The notes beneath the pieces were generated by a model, which was not told the origin of the DNA, ran no database searches, and saw nothing but the letters and a program-made list of their open reading frames with translations. Below, piece after piece: positions 54,101-64,000 of a stretch of 64,000 bases of DNA (its first letter is position 1; every line of letters starts with the position of its first letter). The stretch comes from Eledone cirrhosa (taxonomy: Eukaryota). Position numbers and translations under genes: made by a program. Location of the stretch: contig OZ024741.1 in the NCBI GenBank assembly GCA_964016885.1, positions 408,704,001 to 408,768,000 on the forward strand, given 5' to 3'.

Positions 54101-57100
54101 CTATTTTAAAAGGAAGACTGTACCTATTTTAAAAGGAAGACTGTGTACCTATTTTAAAAGGAAGATTGTACCTATTTTAAAAGGAAGCCTGTGTACCTAT
54201 TTTAAAAGGAAGATTGTACCTATTTTAAAAGGAAGATGTGAACCTATTTTAAAACGGTGACTGTACCTATTTTAAAAGGGAGACTGTACCTATTTTAAAA
54301 GGAAGACTGTGTATCTATTTTAAAAGGGAGACTGTGTACTTATTTTAAAAGGAAGACTGTGTACCTATTTTAAGAGGAAAACTGTACCTATTTTAAAAGG
54401 GAGACTGTGTACCTATTTCAAAAGGAAGACTGTACCTATTTTAAAAGGGAAACTGTGTACCTATTTTAAAAGGGAGACAGTGTACCTATTTTAAAAGGAA
54501 GACTGTACCTATTTTAAAAGGGAGACTGTGTACCTATTTTAAAAGGGACACTGTGTACCTATTTTAAAAGGGAGATTATTACCTATTTTAAAAGGAAGAC
54601 TGTACCTATTTTAAAAGGAAGACTGTGTACCTATTTTAAAAGGAAGATTGTACCTATTTTAAAAGGAAGACTGTACCTATTTTAAAAGGAAGAATGTACC
54701 TATTTTAAAAGGAAGACTGTACCTATTTTAAAAGGAAGCCTGTACCTATTTTAAAAAGAAGACTGTGTACCTATTTTAAAAGGGAGACTGTACCTATTTT
54801 AAAAGGAAGATGTGAACCTATTTTAAAACGGAGACTGTACCTATTTTAAAAAGGAGACTGTACCTATTTTAAAAGGAAGACTGTGTACCTATTTAAAAAG
54901 GAAGACCGTGTACCTATTTTAAAAGGGAGACTGTACCTATTTTAAAAGGAAGACTGTACGTATTTTAAAAGGAAGACTGTGTACCTATTTTAAAAGGGAG
55001 ACTGTACCTATTTTAAAAAGAACACTGTACCTATTTTAAAAGGAAGATTGTGTACCTATTTTAAATGGAAGACTGTGTACCTATTTTAAAAGGAAGACTG
55101 TACCTATTTTAAAAGGAAGACTGTGTACCTATTTTAAAAGGGAGATTATTACCTATTTTAAAAGGAAGACTGTACCTATTTTAAAAGGAAGACTGTGTAC
55201 CTATTTTAAAAGGAAGATTGTACCTATTTTAAAAGGAAGACTGTACCTATTTTAAAAGGGAGACTGTGTACCTATTTTAAATGGAAGAATGTACCTATTT
55301 TAAAAGGAAGACTGTACCTATTTTAAAAGGAAGACTGTACCTATTTTAAAAAGAAGACTGTGTACCTATTTTAAAAGGGAGACTGTACCTATTTAAAAAG
55401 GAACATTGTACCTATTTTAAAAGGAAGACTGTGTATCTATTTTAAAAGGAAGACTGTACCTATTTTAAAAGGGAGACTGTACCTATTTTAAAAGGAAGAC
55501 TGTACCTATTTTAAAAGGAAGATTGTGTACCTATTTTAAAAGGAAGACTGTGTACCTATTTTAAAAGGAAGACTGTACCTATTTTAAAAGGAAGACTGTG
55601 TACCTATTTTAAAAGGGAGATTATTACCTATTTTAAAAGGAAGACTGTACCTATTTTAAAAGGAAGACTGTGTACCTATTTTAAAAGGAAGATTGTGTAC
55701 CTATTTTAAAAGGAAGACTGTGTACCTATTTTAAAAGGAAGACTGTACCTATTTTAAAAGTAAGACTGTGTACCTATTTTAAAAGGGAGATTATTACCTA
55801 TTTTAAAAGGAAGACTGTACCTATTTTAAAAGGGAGACTGTTTACCTATTTTAAAAGGAAGATTGTACCTATTTTAAAAGGACGACTGTACCTATTTTAA
55901 AAGGAAGACTGTTATACCTATTTTAAAAGGAAGACTGTACCTATTTTAAAAGGAAGCCTGTGTACCTATTTTAAAAGGAAGATTGTACCTATTTTAAAAG
56001 GAAGATGTGAACCTATTTTAAAACGGAGACTGTACCTATTTTAATAGGGAGACTGTACCTATTTTAAAAGGAAGACTGTGTATCTATTTTAAAAGGGAGA
56101 CTGTGTACTTATTTTAAAAGGAAGACTGCGTACCTATTTTAAGAGGAAAACTGTACCTATTTTAAAAGGGAGACTGTGTACCTATTTCAAAAGGAAGACT
56201 GTACCTATTTTAAAAGGGAAACTGTGTACCTATTTTAAAAGGGAGACTGTGTACCTATTTTAAAAGGAAGACTGTACCTATTTTAAAAGGGAGACTGTGT
56301 ACCTATTTTAAAAGGGAGACTGTGTACCTATTTTAAAAGGGAGATTATTACCTATTTTAAAAGGAAGACTGTACCTATTTTAAAAGGAAGCCTGTGTACC
56401 TATTTTAAAAGGAAGATTGTACCTATTTTAAAAGGAAGATGTGAACCTATTGTAAAACGGAGACTGTACCTATTTTAAAAGGAAGATTGTACCTATTTTA
56501 AAAGGAAACTGTGTACCTATTTTAAAAGGGAGACTGTGTACCTATTTTAAAAGGAAGACTGTACCTATTTTAAAAGGGAGACTGTGTACCTATTTTAAAA
56601 GGGAGATTATTACCTATTTTAAAAGGAAGACTGTACCTATTTTAAAAGGAAGACTGTGTACCTATTTTAAAAGGGAGATTATTACCTATTTTAAAAGGAA
56701 GGCTGTACCTATTTTAAAAGGAAGACTGTGTACCTATTTTAAAAGGGAGATTATTACCTATTTTAAAAGGAAGACTGTACCTATTTTAAAAGGGAGACTG
56801 TGTACCTATTTTAAAAGGGAGATTATTACCTATTTTAAAAGGAAGACTGTACCTATTTTAAAAGGAAGACTGTGTACCTATTTTAAAAGGAAGATTGTAC
56901 CTATTTTAAAAGGAAGACTGTACCTATTTTAAAAGGAAGACTGTGTACCTATTTTAAAAGGAAGACTGTACCTATTTTAAAAGGGAGACTGTGTACCTAT
57001 TTTAAAAGGAAGAATGTACCTATTTTAAAAGGAAGACTGTACCTATTTTAAAAGGAAGACTGTACCTATTTTAAAAAGAAGACTGTGTACCTATTTTAAA

Positions 57101-60100
57101 AGGGAGACTGTACCTATTTTAAAAGGAAGATGTGAACCTATTTTAAAACGGAGACTGTACCTATTTTAAAAGGGAGACTGTACCTATTTTAAAAGGAAGA
57201 CTGTGTACCTATTTTAAAAGGAAGACCGTGTACCTATTTTAAAAGGGAGACTGTACCTATTTTAAAAGGAAGACTGTACCTATTTTAAAAGGAAGACTGT
57301 GTACCTATGTTAAAAGGGAGACTGTACCTATTTTAAAAAGAACACTGTACCTATTTTAAAAGGAAGATTGTGTACCTAATTTAAATGGAAGACTGTGTAC
57401 CTATTTTAAAAGGAAGACTGTACCTATTTTAAAAGGAAGACTGTGTACCTATTTTAAAAGGGAGATTATTACCTATTTTAAAAGGAAGACTGTACCTATT
57501 TTAAAAGGAAGACTGTGTACCTATTTTAAAAGGAAGATTGTACCTATTTTAAAAGGAAGCCTGTGTACCTATTTTAAAAGGAAGATTGTACCTATTTTAA
57601 AAGGAAGATGTGAACCTATTTTAAAACGGAGACTGTACCTATTTTAAAAGGGAGACTGTACCTATTTTAAAAGGAAGACTGTGTATCTATTTTAAAAGGG
57701 AGACTGTGTACTTATTTTAAAAGGAAGACTGTGTACCTATTTTAAGAGGAAAACTGTACCTATTTTAAAAGGGAGACTGTGTACCTATTTCAAAAGGAAG
57801 ACTGTACCTATTTTAAAAGGGAAACTGTGTACCTATTTTAAAAGGGAGACTGTGTACCTATTTTAAAAGGAAGACTGTACCTATTTTAAAAGGAAGACTG
57901 TGTACCTATTTTAAAAGGAAGATTGTAACTATTTTAAAAGGAAGACTGTACCTATTTTAAAAGGAAGACTGTGTACCTATTTTAAAAGGAAGACTGTACC
58001 TATTTTAAAAGGGAGACTGTGTACCTATTTTAAAAGGAAGAATGTACCTATTTTAAAAGGAAGACTGTACCTATTTTAAAAGGAAGACTGTACCTATTTT
58101 AAAAATAAGACTGTGTACCTATTTTAAAAGGGAGACTGTACCTATTTTAAAAGGAAGATGTGAACCTATTTTAAAACGGAGACTGTACCTATTTTAAAAG
58201 GGAGACTGTACCTATTTTAAAAGGAAGACTGTGTACCTATTTAAAAATGAAGACCGTGTACCTATTTTAAAAGGGAGACTGTACCTATTTTAAAAGGAAG
58301 ACTGTACCTATTTTAAAAGGAAGACTGTGTACCTATTTTAAAAGGGAGACTGTACCTATTTTAAAAAGAACACTGTACCTATTTTAAAAGGAAGATTGTG
58401 TACCTATTTTAAATGGAAGACTGTGTACATATTTTAAAAGGAAGACTGTACCTATTTTAAAAGGAAGACTGTGTACCTATTTTAAAAGGGAGATTATTAC
58501 CTATTTTAAAAGGAAGACTGTACCTTTTTTAAAAGGAAGACTGTGTACCTATTTTAAAAGGAAGATTGTACCTATTTTAAAAGGAAGACTGTACCTATTT
58601 TAAAAGGGAGACTGTGTACCTATTTTAAATGGAAGAATGTACCTATTTTAAAAGGAAGACTGTACCTATTTTAAAAGGAAGACTGTACCTATTTTGAAAA
58701 GAAGACTGTGTACCTATTTTAAAAGGGAGACTGTACCTATTTAAAAAGGAACATTGTACCTATTTTAAAAGGAAGACTGTGTATCTATTTTAAAAGGAAG
58801 ACTGTACCTATTTTAAAAGGGAGACTGTACCTATTTTAAAAGGAAGAGTGTACCTATTTTAAAAGGAAGATTGTGTACCTATTTTAAAAGGAAGACTGTG
58901 TACCTATTTTAAAAGGAAGACTGTACCTATTTTAAAAGGAAGACTGTGTACCTATTTTAAAAGGGAGATTATTACCTATTTTAAAAGGAAGACTGTACCT
59001 ATTTTAAAAGGAAGACTGTGTACCTATTTTAAAAGGAAGATTGTGTACCTATTTTAAAAGGAAGACTGTGTACCTATTTTAAAAGGAAGACTGTACCTAT
59101 TTTAAAAGTAAGACTGTGTACCTATTTTAAAAGGGAGATTATTACCTATTTTAAAAGGAAGACTGTACCTATTTTAAAAGGAAGACTGTGTACCTATTTC
59201 AAAAGGAAGACTGTACCTATTTTAAAAGGGAAACTGTGTACCTATTTTAAAAGGGAGACAGTGTACCTATTTTAAAAGGAAGACTGTACCTATTTTAAAA
59301 GGGAGACTGTGTACCTATTTTAAAAGGGACACTGTGTACCTATTTTAAAAGGGAGATTATTACCTATTTTAAAAGGAAGACTGTACCTATTTTAAAAGGA
59401 AGACTGTGTACCTATTTTAAAAGGAAGATTGTACCTATTTTAAAAGGAAGACTGTACCTATTTTAAAAGGAAGACTGTGTACCTATTTTAAAAGGAAGAC
59501 TGTACCTATTTTAAAAGGGAGACTGTGTACCTATTTTAAAAGGAAGAATGTACCTATTTTAAAAGGAAGACTGTACCTATTTTAAAAGGAAGACTGTACC
59601 TATTTTAAAAAGAAGACTGTGTACCTATTTTAAAAGGGAGACTGTACCTATTTTAAAAGGAAGATGTGAACCTATTTTAAAACGGAGACTGTACCTATTT
59701 TAAAAAGGAGACTGTACCTATTTTAAAAGGAAGACTGTGTACCTATTTAAAAAGGAAGACCGTGTACCTATTTTAAAAGGGAGACTGTACCTATTTTAAA
59801 AGGAAGACTGTACGTATTTTAAAAGGAAGACTGTGTACCTATTTTAAAAGGGAGACTGTACCTATTTTAAAAGGGAGACTGTGTACCTATTTTAAAAGGG
59901 AGATTATTACCTATTTTAAAAGGAAGACTGTACCTATTTTAAAAGGAAGACTGTGTACCTATTTTAAAAGGGAGATTATTACCTATTTTAAAAGGAAGGC
60001 TGTACCTATTTTAAAAGGAAGACTGTGTACCTATTTTAAAAGGGAGATTATTACCTATTTTAAAAGGAAGACTGTACCTATTTTAAAAGGGAGACTGTGT

Positions 60101-63100
60101 ACCTATTTTAAAAGGGAGATTATTACCTATTTTAAAAGGAAGACTGTACCTATTTTAAAAGGAAGACTGTGTACCTATTTTAAAAGGAAGATTGTACCTA
60201 TTTTAAAAGGAAGACTGTACCTATTTTAAAAGGAAGACTGTGTACCTATTTTAAAAGGAAGACTGTACCTATTTTAAAAGGGAGACTGTGTACCTATTTT
60301 AAAAGGAAGAATGTACCTATTTTAAAAGGAAGACTGTACCTATTTTAAAAGGAAGACTGTACCTATTTTAAAAAGAAGACTGTGTACCTATTTTAAAAGG
60401 GAGACTGTACCTATTTTAAAAGGAAGATGTGAACCTATTTTAAAACGGAGACTGTACCTATTTTAAAAGGGAGACTGTACCTATTTTAAAAGGAAGACTG
60501 TGTACCTATTTTAAAAGGAAGACCGTGTACCTATTTTAAAAGGGAGACTGTACCTATTTTAAAAGGAAGACTGTACCTATTTTAAAAGGAAGACTGTGTA
60601 CCTATGTTAAAAGGGAGACTGTACCTATTTTAAAAAGAACACTGTACCTATTTTAAAAGGAAGATTGTGTACCTAATTTAAATGGAAGACTGTGTACCTA
60701 TTTTAAAAGGAAGACTGTACCTATTTTAAAAGGAAGACTGTGTACCTATTTTAAAAGGGAGATTATTACCTATTTTAAAAGGAAGACTGTACCTATTTTA
60801 AAAGGAAGACTGTGTACCTATTTTAAAAGGAAGATTGTACCTATTTTAAAAGGAAGCCTGTGTACCTATTTTAAAAGGAAGATTGTACCTATTTTAAAAG
60901 GAAGATGTGAACCTATTTTAAAACGGAGACTGTACCTATTTTAAAAGGGAGACTGTACCTATTTTAAAAGGAAGACTGTGTATCTATTTTAAAAGGGAGA
61001 CTGTGTACTTATTTTAAAAGGAAGACTGTGTACCTATTTTAAGAGGAAAACTGTACCTATTTTAAAAGGGAGACTGTGTACCTATTTCAAAAGGAAGACT
61101 GTACCTATTTTAAAAGGGAAACTGTGTACCTATTTTAAAAGGGAGACTGTGTACCTATTTTAAAAGGAAGACTGTACCTATTTTAAAAGGAAGACTGTGT
61201 ACCTATTTTAAAAGGAAGATTGTAACTATTTTAAAAGGAAGACTGTACCTATTTTAAAAGGAAGACTGTGTACCTATTTTAAAAGGAAGACTGTACCTAT
61301 TTTAAAAGGGAGACTGTGTACCTATTTTAAAAGGAAGAATGTACCTATTTTAAAAGGAAGACTGTACCTATTTTAAAAGGAAGACTGTACCTATTTTAAA
61401 AAGAAGACTGTGTACCTATTTTAAAAGGGAGACTGTACCTATTTTAAAAGGAAGATGTGAACCTATTTTAAAACGGAGACTGTACCTATTTTAAAAGGGA
61501 GACTGTACCTATTTTAAAAGGAAGACTGTGTACCTATTTAAAAATGAAGACCGTGTACCTATTTTAAAAGGGAGACTGTACCTATTTTAAAAGGAAGACT
61601 GTACCTATTTTAAAAGGAAGACTGTGTACCTATTTTAAAAGGGAGACTGTACCTATTTTAAAAAGAACACTGTACCTATTTTAAAAGGAAGATTGTGTAC
61701 CTATTTTAAATGGAAGACTGTGTACATATTTTAAAAGGAAGACTGTACCTATTTTAAAAGGAAGACTGTGTACCTATTTTAAAAGGGAGATTATTACCTA
61801 TTTTAAAAGGAAGACTGTACCTTTTTTAAAAGGAAGACTGTGTACCTATTTTAAAAGGAAGATTGTACCTATTTTAAAAGGAAGACTGTACCTATTTTAA
61901 AAGGGAGACTGTGTACCTATTTTAAATGGAAGAATGTACCTATTTTAAAAGGAAGACTGTACCTATTTTAAAAGGAAGACTGTACCTATTTTGAAAAGAA
62001 GACTGTGTACCTATTTTAAAAGGGAGACTGTACCTATTTAAAAAGGAACATTGTACCTATTTTAAAAGGAAGACTGTGTATCTATTTTAAAAGGAAGACT
62101 GTACCTATTTTAAAAGGGAGACTGTACCTATTTTAAAAGGAAGACTGTACCTATTTTAAAAGGAAGATTGTGTACCTATTTTAAAAGGAAGACTGTGTAC
62201 CTATTTTAAAAGGAAGACTGTACCTATTTTAAAAGGAAGACTGTGTACCTATTTTAAAAGGGAGATTATTACCTATTTTAAAAGGAAGACTGTACCTATT
62301 TTAAAAGGAAGACTGTGTACCTATTTTAAAAGGAAGATTGTGTACCTATTTTAAAAGGAAGACTGTGTACCTATTTTAAAAGGAAGACTGTACCTATTTT
62401 AAAAGTAAGACTGTGTACCTATTTTAAAAGGGAGATTATTACCTATTTTAAAAGGAAGACTGTATCTATTTTAAAAGGAAGACTGTGTACCTATTTCAAA
62501 AGGAAGACTGTACCTATTTTAAAAGGGAAACTGTGTACCTATTTTAAAAGGGAGACAGTGTACCTATTTTAAAAGGAAGACTGTACCTATTTTAAAAGGG
62601 AGACTGTGTACCTATTTTAAAAGGGACACTGTGTACCTATTTTAAAAGGGAGATTATTACCTATTTTAAAAGGAAGACTGTACCTATTTTAAAAGGAAGA
62701 CTGTGTACCTATTTTAAAAGGAAGATTGTACCTATTTTAAAAGGAAGACTGTACCTATTTTAAAAGGAAGACTGTGTACCTATTTTAAAAGGAAGACTGT
62801 ACCTATTTTAAAAGGGAGACTGTGTACCTATTTTAAAAGGAAGAATGTACCTATTTTAAAAGGAAGACTGTACCTATTTTAAAAGGAAGACTGTACCTAT
62901 TTTAAAAAGAAGACTGTGTACCTATTTTAAAAGGGAGACTGTACCTATTTTAAAAGGAAGATGTGAACCTATTTTAAAACGGAGACTGTACCTATTTTAA
63001 AAAGGAGACTGTACCTATTTTAAAAGGAAGACTGTGTACCTATTTAAAAAGGAAGACCGTGTACCTATTTTAAAAGGGAGACTGTACCTATTTTAAAAGG

Positions 63101-64000
63101 AAGACTGTACGTATTTTAAAAGGAAGACTGTGTACCTATTTTAAAAGGGAGACTGTACCTATTTTAAAAAGAACACTGTACCTATTTTAAAAGGAAGATT
63201 GTGTACCTATTTTAAATGGAAGACTGTGTACCTATTTTAAAAGGAAGACTGTACCTATTTTAAAAGGAAGACTGTGTACCTATTTTAAAAGGGAGATTAT
63301 TACCTATTTTAAAAGGAAGACTGTACCTATTTTAAAAGGAAGACTGTGTACCTATTTTAAAAGGAAGATTGTACATATTTTAAAAGGAAGACTGTACCTA
63401 TTTTAAAAGGGAGACTGTGTACCTATTTTAAATGGAAGAATGTACCTATTTTAAAAGGAAGACTGTACCTATTTTAAAAGGAAGACTGTACCCATTTTAA
63501 AAAGAAGACTGTGTACCTATTTTAAAAGGGAGACTGTACCTATTTAAAAAGGAACATTGTACCTATTTTAAAAGGAAGACTGTGTATCTATTTTAAAAGG
63601 AAGACTGTACCTATTTTAAAAGGGAGACTGTACCTATTTTAAAAGGAAGACTGTACCTATTTTAAAAGGAAGATTGTGTACCTATTTTAAAAGGAAGACT
63701 GTGTACCTATTTTAAAAGGAAGACTGTACCTATTTTAAAAGGAAGACTGTGTACCTATTTTAAAAGGGAGATTATTACCTATTTTAAAAGGAAGACTGTA
63801 ACTATTTTAAATGGAAGACTGTGTACCTATTTTAAAAGGAAGATTGTGTACCTATTTTAAAAGGAAGACTGTGTACCTATTTTAAAAGGAAGACTGTACC
63901 TATTTTAAAAGTAAGACTGTGTACGTATTTTAAAAGGGAGATTATTACCTATTTTAAAAGGAAGACTGAACCTATTTTAAAAGGGAGACTGTGTACCTAT
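12142..64000 (+). repeat. Large satellite DNA array of 23/25-bp monomers (TG)TGTACCTATTTTAAAAGG(A/G)AGAC with higher-order structure; continues past the window end
   Basis: The array is continuous for ~51.9 kb in a single orientation with no insertions seen. A 23+25=48-bp dimer gives the 16-aa repeat CTYFKRKTVPILKGSL in the ORF track. Confidence 0.99.

Noticed and set aside
10913-64000. CRISPR-like array (short repeats with regular spacing)
   Set aside because: There are no unique spacers; the units are contiguous tandem copies, no cas genes are present and the context is eukaryotic.

Overview
This window is AT-rich, repeat-dominated eukaryotic (animal) DNA with no intact protein-coding gene; the SINE and microsatellite style suggests a cephalopod/mollusc genome, which is an inference. 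Positions 1-12.1 kb are a patchwork of decayed retroelements (a CR1/L2-type LINE RT fragment, an RTE LINE 3' end, tRNA-derived SINEs), microsatellites and a 53-bp minisatellite. Positions 12.14-64 kb are one uninterrupted 23/25-bp satellite with several kb-scale higher-order duplications. The most notable signal is a cluster of five sequence-unrelated elements in ~9 kb, each carrying a type I hammerhead ribozyme (CUGANGA...GAAA core with a minimal palindromic helix III, as in Penelope-like elements and retrozymes). All five share an inverted, outward-pointing architecture, and most outer ends sit in TA-rich or (TA)n sequence. One is a 311-bp tandem array of apparently identical, highly structured units with 9 hammerheads, matching a non-LTR retrozyme that could produce a 311-nt (circular) RNA.
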